A stretch of 64,000 bases of DNA. Source: an uncultured Planctomycetaceae bacterium (GTDB lineage: Bacteria; Planctomycetota; Planctomycetia; Planctomycetales; Planctomycetaceae). The notes beneath the pieces are model-generated. The model did not search any database and was not told the DNA's origin. It was given only the letters and a program-made list of their open reading frames with translations. Position numbers and translations under genes: made by a program. The stretch is taken from positions 64,001-128,000 of the forward strand of contig CAWFGE010000014.1 of NCBI GenBank assembly GCA_963815195.1, given 5' to 3'. Shown piece after piece: positions 12,103 through 22,223 of the stretch. Numbering within the stretch: position 1 is the stretch's first letter; every line of letters begins with the position of its first letter.

Positions 12103-13050
12103 CTACTGCCAGAGCAATTGCAGACCCTTGAGAATGACGTAATCCAGCACGAGCCACTTATTGGGTCCCGGAGCAGTATCAGGCGTAAACTCCCCACTCA
12201 TGTACTTGGCAGGCCGCTGGGCCATGATGATGTCGTTATCCCGCTCCCTTATGATGTACGCTGAAGCATAAACATCTATGTCACTCACGCTGAATGACCG
12301 GCCGGCCGTGATGCGAAATGCCGGCCCCCATCCTTTGTCCGCATGAAGCCGATAATTCTTCCGCCACGCATCAACATCTTCGTCGTCCTTCCCCCACTTG
12401 ACGCACGCCTCGCTCACAACCCCCAATGCATTGAAAACCGAATAGGCGTCCCGTGTGGCGAGATCCTGCCACGGAAGTTGAGCCAGCAAGTTGTTCGCAG
12501 CCAGAGCGGTCGAGAACTCAAATCTGCAGCGGTCCCGGCGGAATCCCCGTAGGTAATCAATGCCATACATCCTGCATGCGATATCAATAGCGTACCTCTG
12601 GTTGTCTCGGAGCTGTCCTTGCTGCGTGTCCGAGAGTGCGCCGTGGCGACGGTCGAGTTCGATCAGTTTCTGCAGAATGGCTTGCGCAACGTTCTTCGCG
12701 TCACCGCTCCCAAAGGCGCTGACGCTGGCCGAGAAGTATAGGAGCGGCGCAAGCTGATCTCCGGAAAACTTTTGACTGGGGTTCTTCGGCAAAGTCCACT
12801 CGTCAACTCCAGCACAGTTGTCCCGAAAGTAAACCAGAAACCGCTGAATTTGGCTTTCCGCGAGTCCGTGTTGCTCGCAGATGTGCTGAAATGTGGCCGG
12901 GTCCTTCGCCTTGATTATCAGCAGCGATGAGAAAAACCACGACGACCGCCAGACACCGTCGCCAAACGGGTCGGTCCAGCCGGGTCCCTCAGGCCGCTTG
13001 ACAACTCCTGATTCCTGATCGATGTACTGACCATACTGCTGTTTGGACAT
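12103..13050 (-). CDS. Hypothetical protein (cassette-like ORFan)
   Basis: 315-aa ORF with natural composition, preceded by a purine-rich RBS-like sequence. Confidence 0.7.
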   Translation of the reverse strand: MSKQQYGQYIDQESGVVKRPEGPGWTDPFGDGVWRSSWFFSSLLIIKAKDPATFQHICEQHGLAESQIQRFLVYFRDNCAGVDEWTLPKNPSQKFSGDQLAPLLYFSASVSAFGSGDAKNVAQAILQKLIELDRRHGALSDTQQGQLRDNQRYAIDIACRMYGIDYLRGFRRDRCRFEFSTALAANNLLAQLPWQDLATRDAYSVFNALGVVSEACVKWGKDDEDVDAWRKNYRLHADKGWGPAFRITAGRSFSVSDIDVYASAYIIRERDNDIIMAQRPAKYMSGEFTPDTAPGPNKWLVLDYVILKGLQLLWQ

Positions 13051-13382
13051 ATCGCTTTTCCTACGCGAGATTAACGAACCAAAGCGTCAGCTTGGCGTGC
13101 GACGCCCCCAAACCGATATTGTAGCCACAAGCAAACCTACAGCGCCGCGAGGATGGAGGAGATCATTCCGTCTTTGCCTTCCGTGACGAGATCGCATCCG
13201 ATTCTCTATCGCTGTAAACCCAAAGGACAAAACTCCGTAAAGGGTTGGTCCCGCTCAGAGGGGACGGACTGATTGGCAGGTCGGTTGCGTAACAACCCAG
13301 ATCCAGCTCGCCGCTCGGATGGCATCCTCGTCGGCAGATGGGCTTGCGCTACCGGCCGTTGCCCCTCAACCGCCCCCTCCCT

Positions 13383-13474
13383 CGCCGAATGTCCAGCGTA
13401 GCCGGGCGGGCGGAAGCGACGTTGATCTCACAAACGCGCGTTGTCGCCCGCTCCGGGTCAGGCAATTGTTCGCC
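13383..13474 (-). other. attC-like imperfect palindrome
   Basis: Minus strand, just after a stop codon: GGCGAAC...ccggagcgggcg...cgcccgcccgg...ATTCGGC. Confidence 0.45.
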
Positions 13475-13481
13475 AGCTTTG

Positions 13482-14069
13482 CTATTGGGTTGGCGGAAGC
13501 TTCTTGAACGGAGCGTCGAGCCGCACCTTTGAACGGCCAGTGCCAGAGTTTGGGCCGCTCGGGCCGCGAGCGTGAACCCAGAATTTGACAGTTGTCGGAA
13601 CATAGACACGTGTTCCTGGGTAAATCTCGACACGATTGTGCCATTCGACGTAGTAGCGGTTGTCCGTTCCCCTATCGATCAACCAATGTGCCGATGCATC
13701 GGCTTCGACAAAGTAGTAGCCTGTGGGCACGTTGACGACTTGTGGATCAGAATCGCAGTCGCGTCGGATTCCACTTGATGGTGTTGGATCGGTTTCACAA
13801 TCAGCGGTAAGATGGACCGCTTCATCAGTATTGAACGATGCGAGAAAGTCGTCCGACAGCCGCATGTAAGACATGTCCGTTTCAATCGGGACAAGCTTCG
13901 GTTCAGCGCCACGCTGGAATTCCACCTTAAAGTGGTGTTCTTTGCCGGTGTGGTGCGCCGGCGCATCTTCCTTTTTGTCAGTGTCTTGAGTCATTGCATC
14001 GTGGGCAATAAAAAAAAACAACGCAGCAGTCACGAGGACCGTGCAGGAAACGAGGTGTTTCTGAGACAT
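13482..14069 (-). CDS. Secreted hypothetical protein
   Basis: Signal-peptide-like N-terminus (LVSCTVLVTAALFFFIAHDA); ggag RBS upstream. Confidence 0.7.
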   Translation of the reverse strand: MSQKHLVSCTVLVTAALFFFIAHDAMTQDTDKKEDAPAHHTGKEHHFKVEFQRGAEPKLVPIETDMSYMRLSDDFLASFNTDEAVHLTADCETDPTPSSGIRRDCDSDPQVVNVPTGYYFVEADASAHWLIDRGTDNRYYVEWHNRVEIYPGTRVYVPTTVKFWVHARGPSGPNSGTGRSKVRLDAPFKKLPPTQ

Positions 14070-14275
14070 TGTAGGCTCCTTTGGCAAAAGTACGAACGGT
14101 CAAACGGTCAAACTCACGATCACTCAACTCAAAGATCCGGCGTGTATCACCGCAGAGATCGCCTACAACGGGAGTTTACATCGATTCTTAATATAACAGA
14201 AACCCATAGCCGACGGGCAGTCCAGCCCCTACCGAACGGCCGGCATCGCCGGGTTGGCTACCGGACGATGCGAAT

Positions 14276-15010
14276 CTAGAAAGAATCCAGAATTTTCCCC
14301 GCTGTGGCGGCATCAATAAGCAGTGGGAACATCTCGCGACCAGCCCGAATTTGGACATAGTCGATCTTTAAATCTATGCTGCCATCTGAATTCTTCAGTG
14401 CATCATATCCGATACGAACCAATTCGCCCGCGACGGTGACCCAGACGCCGGCGACGCCACAACCACATGCCGACAGCGCTCCTCCAATTGCTCTTGTCGC
14501 CTCCGAGACACCTTGTGTAATTCGCTCCGCGACGCTTCGTCCCAAGTGAACTTCGGCGTCTTTCCGGTAGCATTCACCAGTAATATCATTTCTCGCTCTA
14601 TCAAGATGGACTTTTGTTGAAGTCGAGGCGTCTTCCCAATATTTGTCATTACATGAAGCTTTGACGCCACCTATGCAGCTACAATCACTCTTAAGAGGTT
14701 CGGCAAGGGTCTCGATTAGTAACCGCTGGAGCCATTGGCCTTCGGTCGTTTCAGCCGGTTTGAGAACAAGCGTCGCATACCACATAAATAACACTCGACC
14801 ACCGCCACTGCATCGGTGAATCTGTCCTTGCCGAATGTCTAGTATCTCATCTCTGGGGATCGCGAGGTGCGGGCATTTGTACGAATTAGGACCAAACAAA
14901 ATCACTGATCCGTCACCCGGGTCGCGCGCGATATATCCCGTAATGGTAGTCTCCGCTAGCCTGGCTGCCGCGAGAAACGCGTCTACGGAGTTTGGACTAG
15001 AATCACTCAT
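14276..15010 (-). CDS. Hypothetical protein (Cys-containing)
   Basis: 244-aa ORF, same orientation as its two neighbours. Confidence 0.65.
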   Translation of the reverse strand: MSDSSPNSVDAFLAAARLAETTITGYIARDPGDGSVILFGPNSYKCPHLAIPRDEILDIRQGQIHRCSGGGRVLFMWYATLVLKPAETTEGQWLQRLLIETLAEPLKSDCSCIGGVKASCNDKYWEDASTSTKVHLDRARNDITGECYRKDAEVHLGRSVAERITQGVSEATRAIGGALSACGCGVAGVWVTVAGELVRIGYDALKNSDGSIDLKIDYVQIRAGREMFPLLIDAATAGKILDSF

Positions 15011-15481
15011 ACATCATCTACCTTTGTGAGAAAAGACGGAGCCGATAGTGCGAAATTGCCGAACAAAAAAAGCATTACAGGACCAAGGTTCTCTCCGGAA
15101 AGGATTTCCGTCGATCCCCCGTGGTGCGTTAGTGGCTGGATTTGATGCATGGAAAGTTGACGTCAATCCAGATCATACCTCGCCACCCGCACCCGTTTCA
15201 CCACGTACGCCGTCACACGCTATCCCTGGCTGCAATCCCGAAGCCACCATTCAAAGCTCACCGACCGTCACCATTATGGTTACCTTTAAGTGTGGTACAG
15301 AAGGTGTTACAACATTGGGTGCGTGCAGTCGCATGTCGGTAGGGTTTGGGTGCCGGCAAACTTGGACCGCCATCCTCAGTTGACGATTATCATGTCGCCA
15401 AATCGAAAACGTCAAATAAATTCTTCCGGATTCTCAAAAAAACTTGAAAAATAAACACTTACCCTCGTGGCCTAGGTGGAT

Positions 15482-16270
15482 CTATCTACGATCGTTGTTG
15501 GTCAGTACCGGCCTTGCGACGCGCACCCGTTCCACGACGTCTGCCGTCACACCATCACAAACCAACCGCACTCCAGCAGGCAATCCGGACGCCACCATCC
15601 AAAGCCCTCCCGCATCCTGGCCCGAATACTGCCATTCTTCACCCGTAAATGCAGAAGCGGCGTCGTACAGTCGATCTAACTCCGCATCGGGCAATTCCGT
15701 CCCCAACCGCACCGCAATCTCCCGCGCCCGATCTCGCGAAAGTTTTCCGTCCGCATCCCGCCAGAGCCCAACTGCATCAGCCAACCGTTCATACTCGATC
15801 CATAACTTTGGCCCTTGCCAATTCGCATACAACCGCCCCGCCTGTCGAATCTGCGAATCGTATTGTCCCGCCGCCGAGTCCCGCGGCACGCCGCGTTTAC
15901 GCTTTGATTCCAGCACGGATTCACGGTCGCGAATTACCCAAAGCAAAAGCGGGTTGTATGGAGCCAAAAACGGCTGCCAACGGCCCAAGGTGCGAACAAA
16001 GCGCGGATCTTTGATCGCCCACGGCTGCGGCAGGCCGGCCAAGTATTCGGCCGCCCCACTGAAATTCCCGGATTCGTTGATGTCCCGAAGCTTTACCGAT
16101 TCTCCGAAGATTTCATCGGCGTCCGCTGCCTGCCAACCCAAGGCATGCAGCATTTTCGTGACGATCGTGGTGCCGGAATTGCCGACGCCAAGGACGACGA
16201 TATTGGGACGACGATCGACCAGGATCCGCGGATCGGTGCTGGGCAGGATGTTCAATTCCCGAACGCCCAT
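15482..16270 (-). pseudogene. Partial diverged copy of the sulfotransferase-like C-terminal half of the gene at 41766-43361
   Basis: RPNIVVLGVGNSGTTIVTKMLHALGWQ...WAIKDPR...WIEYERL shared with the 41766-42560 region. Confidence 0.75.
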
Positions 16271-16951
16271 AGACTCCAAGCTCCCCGTACAAAACACGTT
16301 ACTAACCATTCTGCGCGACCCGATTTTGCAAAGCATGAAACAGCTTGAGCTTACGGAGTTCGCGTCCTCTACGGTTGCCTCGGAGGTAGGCAACAACTTT
16401 CGAACTTTTGGCATCTTGGTTTACAGCGGGCGCGAATCGAGGCGCGATTCGCGCGCCTTCGTGAGCGTGTGGATTGGACCGACTTCCGCGGCGGGGCGAG
16501 CATGCGCGTAACTGCGTGTTGACGAAGTCGCGGGGTTCGCGGAAGACTTCGGCCTATGGGTTTTCGATCGCGGGCGGAGTCGTGGGGAAGGTCATCGCGC
16601 CGGTGGAGTGATCTTCGCGGCAGGGCAAGGCGCGGAACCTGAGCGCAATCGGCGGAGCGCCGAAAACTTGCGGATCGAGTTGGATTGTTCGGATTCGCAT
16701 GACGGAGGTCGATTTCGCTCAATCAGGATGTATCGGTCACAACCGCCGGAATCCGGCCAAAGTCGCAGCGGACACCGCGCCTATCAGAACGCAAAGAATT
16801 AAGGGCAAGAGCAAACAATGCCGGCTCTTGTTGGAATCTTAGAAGCCGATTTGGGCTGAAACCTTGACGCGAGAATTTCTGTAAATCTGCTTGCACGTGG
16901 ACACTTTACCCCGTACTGTGTACCCACATTACTGATATTCCTTTGCTTCCT

Positions 16952-16978
16952 TGTCACTCTTGGCATTCCCCCGGCGTA
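16952..16978 (+). promoter_or_regulatory. Putative ECF-sigma promoter of the cas10 operon
   Basis: TGTCACTC-N15-CGTA, ~45 nt upstream of cas10. Confidence 0.7.
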
Positions 16979-17020
16979 TTGCTTCTACAGACTTCTTGGT
17001 TCGATTGAAGCGTAAAGTGA

Positions 17021-18652
17021 TTGGTGATGATGCGATTCTTGGTTGCGTTCGACGTCCCCAGCATTAAGCAGTATGTGTTCGGCACCGACCCTCTGCGGGA
17101 AATTCGCGGGGCGAGCAGCCGGCTGGTCACGCTCAATTGCTATCGAATGAAGTCGGTGCTCATTGAAGAACTCGGGGACGATCAGGTCGATCAGGTTTAT
17201 GCCAACGGGGGGACGGCGCAGTTTATCATCACCGCCAATACTGAAAGCGACGTCGAAGAAGCCTGCCAGAGGCTTGCTGGGGTGTTCCGTGAGGAAACGG
17301 GCGGGGAAGTCGGACTGGTTTGGGGAATCGAAGAGTACCGGGAAAGCGAAGGCGACTATAAACGTGCTGTCCAGCAGGCCCATCGGCGGCTTCGGCAGTG
17401 CCGGGATTCCGCGCGGGACGAGCCAGTTTCCCTTTTGATGCCTTTGGTGGCCGAGTGCAAATCCTCGTCTCACTTGCCGGCTAGCCAGAAGAGTTTGCGG
17501 GATGGACGGTGGCAGTTGATCTCCCGCGCGGTGGAACAAAAAGAGAATGTGCCCCGCGAATCCCTCTGGGAGGCGTGGATGCAATTCGTGAACACCCACT
17601 TCGCTCAAGAAGGTTGGGAAAACGAGAGCCAATGGAAGAATCTCCACTGCGGTGAGTTCTCGGAGTTGGTCGGCCAGGAGAATTCCGACTTGGGGCTGGT
17701 TTATGCCGATGGCAATGCGATGGGCAAGGTCGTGCGAAAGCTCAATACCCCCGAACGCAGCCTGGCATTCAGCGAGATGATCGACCAGAGCGTGCAGCGG
17801 GCGTGTCACCGGGCATTGGCTCAGGTTTGTGGGAAAGACATTGCGCAGCTTCGCCGATCGAACTTTGCCAACGGCAAACTGCGAGCGGAAATTCTCTTGT
17901 TGGGCGGCGACGATCTGTTGGTCGCCTTGCCGGCGGAGCGTGCATTGGCGTTTGCCAAACTTGTGATGGAGGAATTTCAAGCCGAGACCGAAAGCCACCT
18001 CAACACCCTCGATCCGGATTTGCAGAAGTATTTCCGTGCCGATCGACCGTTTTCTCTCTCGTGCGGGGTGGCGATTGGCCGCGTGACCTTTCCCTTTGCG
18101 TTGTTGCTAGAACTGGCCGAGGACTTGCTCAAAGAGGCTAAGCGGTGCGGGACTGCGCAGCAACAGAGCGACCGCACGAGCGTGGCGAGCTTTCTGGACT
18201 TCCATCAGGTCCTGGGCTCGGGCAGCTTGGAACTGGCCACGCTTCGGGACGAGGATTTCCGAATCTCAACCAATAGACCCCGCACCCTGCGACCGTTCCA
18301 GATTACGAAAGGACCGCAAGAATCCCCGGCGGGAGCGGTGGAGTTCAAGCGATTGACGGACGCCGTGGGAATCCTCAAACGGTGTGAGCCGGGCATTCCG
18401 CGGACCAAACTGCACGCCTTGCGGGAGGCGGCGCTGACCGCTTCGGAAGCGAAAGCGGAACAGCGGAGCCGCGAACTGTTTGCCCGTTTGACGGAAAGGC
18501 AACGGCAGGCGCTCTGGAAGGCGATGGCCTGTTTGGATGAAAACGGACGCGTGGAAAATTTCCCCTGGATTTCCTGGCGTGGCAAAACCCCCACGCCCTT
18601 GCCCGACCTCGTGGAAGCATTCGATTTATGGCAATCCTACGACTCGATTTGA
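17021..18652 (+). CDS. cas10: Type III (III-D-like) Cas10, no HD nuclease, intact Palm/GGDD cyclase
   Basis: FDVPSIKQYVF...REIRGAS, VYANGG, YADGNAMG, LLGGDDLL, SLSCGVAI; only 543 aa, no N-terminal HD domain. Confidence 0.93.
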   Translation: MVMMRFLVAFDVPSIKQYVFGTDPLREIRGASSRLVTLNCYRMKSVLIEELGDDQVDQVYANGGTAQFIITANTESDVEEACQRLAGVFREETGGEVGLVWGIEEYRESEGDYKRAVQQAHRRLRQCRDSARDEPVSLLMPLVAECKSSSHLPASQKSLRDGRWQLISRAVEQKENVPRESLWEAWMQFVNTHFAQEGWENESQWKNLHCGEFSELVGQENSDLGLVYADGNAMGKVVRKLNTPERSLAFSEMIDQSVQRACHRALAQVCGKDIAQLRRSNFANGKLRAEILLLGGDDLLVALPAERALAFAKLVMEEFQAETESHLNTLDPDLQKYFRADRPFSLSCGVAIGRVTFPFALLLELAEDLLKEAKRCGTAQQQSDRTSVASFLDFHQVLGSGSLELATLRDEDFRISTNRPRTLRPFQITKGPQESPAGAVEFKRLTDAVGILKRCEPGIPRTKLHALREAALTASEAKAEQRSRELFARLTERQRQALWKAMACLDENGRVENFPWISWRGKTPTPLPDLVEAFDLWQSYDSI

Positions 18653-19395
18653 CGTTTCAGTTGCAATTTGTGACCGACTGGCACGTGGGCAGCGGAGCGG
18701 GTTCCGCTTTGGTGAACCGCCTGCAGGCCCGGCGGCGGATGCGGTCTTGGGGAGAGGTTCCGTTTGTGCCCGGGGCTCAACTCAAAGGCGTACTCAGGCA
18801 ACAGTGCGAACGGTTGGCCCTGGCCCTGAACTTGTCGGATGTGCTCGACCCGCATGACCAGGAGGCCGCATTGGCCGCGCACTTTGTTCCGCTTCCGCAA
18901 TCGCAGATTTTCGTGGATCGCTTGTTTGGGTCCCGTTATCAAGGCGGGTGTTTGTTCCTGAGCGATGCCCTGCCGGTGGACGATCACAGCGACGGGGCGG
19001 TTTCGCCAGGGACAACCGTGCGGCAGCGGACGGCGCTCGATCGGTTGACGGGCACGGTCAAGCATCAGCATCTGTTCGCCACGGAGATCGTCTCCGTATC
19101 TAAGGGGGCTTATGCCGCCCGGTTGCGGGCACGGCATCCCTCCGAGGCCCTGACCCACAATGGGGGAGGTTTGCCGTACGAATACGCTTTGTTGGTGACG
19201 GCGCTGTTGGGCATCGAATCGCTCGGCGGCGACAAAAGTGCCGGCCGCGGTCAGTGCGTGATCACCGTGGATGAGTCGACTTTGAAATGGAATCGCACGC
19301 CGCAATCCCTGGATGCCATGTTGGCCCCCTTCCGAGAGGATGGGTGGCAAGAGTACTACCAACTGATGATCGACGAAAAGACTGGCTCGGAATAA
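18628..19395 (+). CDS. csm3: Cas7-group RAMP (Csm3-like)
   Basis: WHVGSG, PFVPGAQLKGVLRQQCE, RLFGS, RTALDRLTGT, LGGDKSAGRG. Confidence 0.85.
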   Translation: MAILRLDLTFQLQFVTDWHVGSGAGSALVNRLQARRRMRSWGEVPFVPGAQLKGVLRQQCERLALALNLSDVLDPHDQEAALAAHFVPLPQSQIFVDRLFGSRYQGGCLFLSDALPVDDHSDGAVSPGTTVRQRTALDRLTGTVKHQHLFATEIVSVSKGAYAARLRARHPSEALTHNGGGLPYEYALLVTALLGIESLGGDKSAGRGQCVITVDESTLKWNRTPQSLDAMLAPFREDGWQEYYQLMIDEKTGSE

Positions 19396-19518
19396 CCAAT
19401 CGCAAAACGGCAACCGCACGCCTTCTTTACCCTTATTGAGGCGTGCCCTGGCGGAATCAAATCGAAATCTGAACTTGGAAAGCCCTGTTGGTGAACCGAT
19501 ATCTCGATCAAAGCCTAT

Positions 19519-20958
19519 TTGGAATCGCCCTTGGCGATCAAACAGTCGCGGCAGTCGCAACGGTCGACGGGCGTGAAATCCATCAGCGGCACCATGCTGC
19601 GGGGGGCACTGGCCCGGTTGTACCTGGATCGCCACGGCTCTGCGGATGAGGGCTTCCGCGAACTGTTCCTGGAAGACAGCGGCTCACGGTTCGGACCGCT
19701 CGATCCCGCTCCGAGGACGCTGCCCCTCACGGCGGCGGCCTGCAAACGGACTCCGGGGTTTTCCAAGGCTGGTCAGCACGGGATGGCCGATCAATTGTGG
19801 TTACGGATCGGCCTTGCCCTCGCCGAACAGGATGGGCGAACCGTACCCATTGACGAATTGGAACAGCCCTTTCTGGATTGCGGCGTCTGTGGGGCCGCGA
19901 TGCGAGACGAACGGGGGTTTTACGAGTGGCACGATCAAACGTATCACGCCAGCCGGACGGATCGGCGGCGGGTGGAGACGCACGTCGGCATCGACCGCCA
20001 CACCATGACGGCGGCTCGGTCCATTTTGTATTCCAATGAAATTCTCGAACCGAACACACCCGTTTTGATCAACTGGATCGTTGCAAGAACAGAGAACGCT
20101 GAGCGGTTACGACAGTTCTTGAAGGGTGAAGATCTCTTTGATTGGTTAGCCAACGACAAATTCAATGCTGCTCGGTTACAACAGTTCTTGAATGGTGAAG
20201 ATCTCATTGATTGGCTCAGAAGCAAGGAAACGAATCCCCGGCAGTTGAAAGGCTTCTTAAAAGGGGAAGACTTGGTTGTGTGGCTCCGCACGCCTCCCCA
20301 GAAGATTAGAGCGTTGATCGAACTGATGGATGTGGAGGATCTCACCGGCTGGATCGAAACCACGGACGACAACGCCCGGCGATTCCAAGAGTTGCTGGAG
20401 GAAGAGGAAAACTGCATTGATGTCGGTCATGCCCGCACGCGGGGTTATGGTCGGGTCCGGTTGGAGTGGGGTGAACCGTTCGCCGCGGCAGGCGAGTCCC
20501 CAACCCGGTGGAACCAGTGGAGCGAGGACCTGAAAGTGTTCCTGAAAAGCGAGCCGTTTCGACTGGAGGGTCCGCAAGTGGAAGGATTTTACTTTTCGTT
20601 GGGATTGCCCTCGGGCGCGATTGTGGTGGATGAGTTGCTGCGCTATTCCCTCGATCCTCGCCAAGCATTGTCTGGGAACCGCCCGGAGATCGAATGCCTT
20701 CTCACGGTCGCCCGGCATGAGCGGGTGCGGGGCTGGAACGCCGCCCACGGATTGCCTCGCCAGGATGAATGGGCCATCGCCCGCGGCAGCGTCTTTGTCT
20801 ATCGCTTCACGGGGGAGGACAAGACGGGTTTGTTCGATTGGTTAAACACCTTGGAACGGGAAGGGCTGGGACTCCGGCAGGGCGAGGGATTTGGCCAAGT
20901 CGAAGTTTCGGCACAATTTCATCGCGATCTTTCCCGGCAGGAAGGAACATCGGCATGA
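19519..20958 (+). CDS. csx10: Csx10-like RAMP (Cas5 group) with an internal repeat insertion; true start probably ~19491 (frameshift)
   Basis: ISGTMLRGALA, THVGIDRHTMTA, VGHARTRGYG, GWN..HGLPR..IARGSVF, GLGLRQGEGFG. Confidence 0.85.
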   Translation: MESPLAIKQSRQSQRSTGVKSISGTMLRGALARLYLDRHGSADEGFRELFLEDSGSRFGPLDPAPRTLPLTAAACKRTPGFSKAGQHGMADQLWLRIGLALAEQDGRTVPIDELEQPFLDCGVCGAAMRDERGFYEWHDQTYHASRTDRRRVETHVGIDRHTMTAARSILYSNEILEPNTPVLINWIVARTENAERLRQFLKGEDLFDWLANDKFNAARLQQFLNGEDLIDWLRSKETNPRQLKGFLKGEDLVVWLRTPPQKIRALIELMDVEDLTGWIETTDDNARRFQELLEEEENCIDVGHARTRGYGRVRLEWGEPFAAAGESPTRWNQWSEDLKVFLKSEPFRLEGPQVEGFYFSLGLPSGAIVVDELLRYSLDPRQALSGNRPEIECLLTVARHERVRGWNAAHGLPRQDEWAIARGSVFVYRFTGEDKTGLFDWLNTLEREGLGLRQGEGFGQVEVSAQFHRDLSRQEGTSA

Positions 20959-21386
20959 GTCAGTCTATCAGCATCGAACAACAACGGAAACTGGATCGGG
21001 AACTGGAACAGCCCGACCGCCGAGCCGCCTACGAACAACTGGGCGAGGCGCTCTACCGGGCGTTCGGCGGAACAGAGAACGTCAGCACGCAGGTGCGGAA
21101 CCTGCAACAGACTGCCGCCACCGCCCGGCGGTTTGCGGACATCGAAGCCTTCGTGAAAAACCAGATGGGCCGCAACACCAAGGATGCCAAAGCCTGGCGC
21201 GAACCCGGCGTGGGCCAGACCGTACTGGATCAACTGGCCGAACTGCGGGAGATCGCCCGGCAGCATGCCGAGACGGACGAAGACGCCCAAGCCAATCGGT
21301 TTTGGTTGGCCCGGAATTGGGTCCGGGTGGTCGTGGGAGCCTATCTCTACGAGAAAGCCGTGGCGGGAATGCCCTCGGCCCATTAA
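20955..21386 (+). CDS. Small alpha-helical subunit (Cas11/Csm2-like)
   Basis: 143 aa, helical, TQVRNLQQ..FVKNQMGR..AW..AYLYE; ATGA overlap with csx10. Confidence 0.7.
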   Translation: MSQSISIEQQRKLDRELEQPDRRAAYEQLGEALYRAFGGTENVSTQVRNLQQTAATARRFADIEAFVKNQMGRNTKDAKAWREPGVGQTVLDQLAELREIARQHAETDEDAQANRFWLARNWVRVVVGAYLYEKAVAGMPSAH

Positions 21387-21414
21387 ATGCCCTCGGCCCA
21401 TTAGGAGACTTTCC

Positions 21415-22107
21415 ATGCTTCAAGCGGAATGGAATCAGATGGCGGATGATGTGCTGGCCCCGGAGGCGAGGCGATTCTTGAACGAGTGGATCGCTACCGC
21501 CGAGAGCTTGCGCGACCAGGCTCTGCAAAAAGAAGAGGCGGAAATACAGTCGAGAGAGTCCGATCCCGAAAAGGTTGCCAAGCAGTTGGCGAAGCTCGAA
21601 ACGCGCTTGGCGAAGGTAGTGCCTTTTCCGATGGAGCGGAGTCAGATCGTGGGGCTCCGGCAGGTGGCGGTCAATCCGCCATCGCACTGGAACGATCACC
21701 AACCCTCGCTGGTGGCCTCGTTCGCCAATCATCAAAAAGAGAAATTCACACGCAGTTTAAGGAAAGAACAAGACGAGTATGAAAAACGGCGTCCAGGCAA
21801 ATCGTTCAAAGAGGTGATCTTGAAGTCTCAGGATTATTACAGGCAACAATTCTGGGAACGGGTGCGAAAGCTGACCGATCTACAAGACAACCCGCCCGGC
21901 GAATTGATTCAACTGGCTGTCGTCAGGAACTATCTCCCCGCCGAGTACCGGGATGAGGCCATGAAAGAGTTGAGCCGCAAGCAACAACGACTCCGTAAAG
22001 CGGAGCGGGACCGCTGGTTTGGTGAGCAATGGATCCCGCACACGATCCCGATGTTCTTCGAGTACTTTGCGGTCGAGTATTTGTTTGAAGCCGCGAAAGG
22101 GAAGTGA
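21415..22107 (+). CDS. Second, longer Cas11-like helical protein
   Basis: SQIVGLRQVA..FANHQKEK..FW..EYLFE parallels the preceding small subunit; aggag RBS. Confidence 0.55.
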   Translation: MLQAEWNQMADDVLAPEARRFLNEWIATAESLRDQALQKEEAEIQSRESDPEKVAKQLAKLETRLAKVVPFPMERSQIVGLRQVAVNPPSHWNDHQPSLVASFANHQKEKFTRSLRKEQDEYEKRRPGKSFKEVILKSQDYYRQQFWERVRKLTDLQDNPPGELIQLAVVRNYLPAEYRDEAMKELSRKQQRLRKAERDRWFGEQWIPHTIPMFFEYFAVEYLFEAAKGK

Positions 22108-22223
22108 CAAACGCAAAAAACGAACACGCACCCCACGATGCCCCGGGAAAAGGATGAAAAAGCCGCTTCTTTACCGTTTTGAAGTGGCTCGGGGCATTCA
22201 CGAGAATGGATCAAGGACAAGCA

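Noticed and set aside
16270..16900. ORFs or an ncRNA upstream of cas10
   Set aside because: No recognisable motifs; only a short palindrome (gcgcgaatcg..cgattcgcgcgc near 16430-16455).
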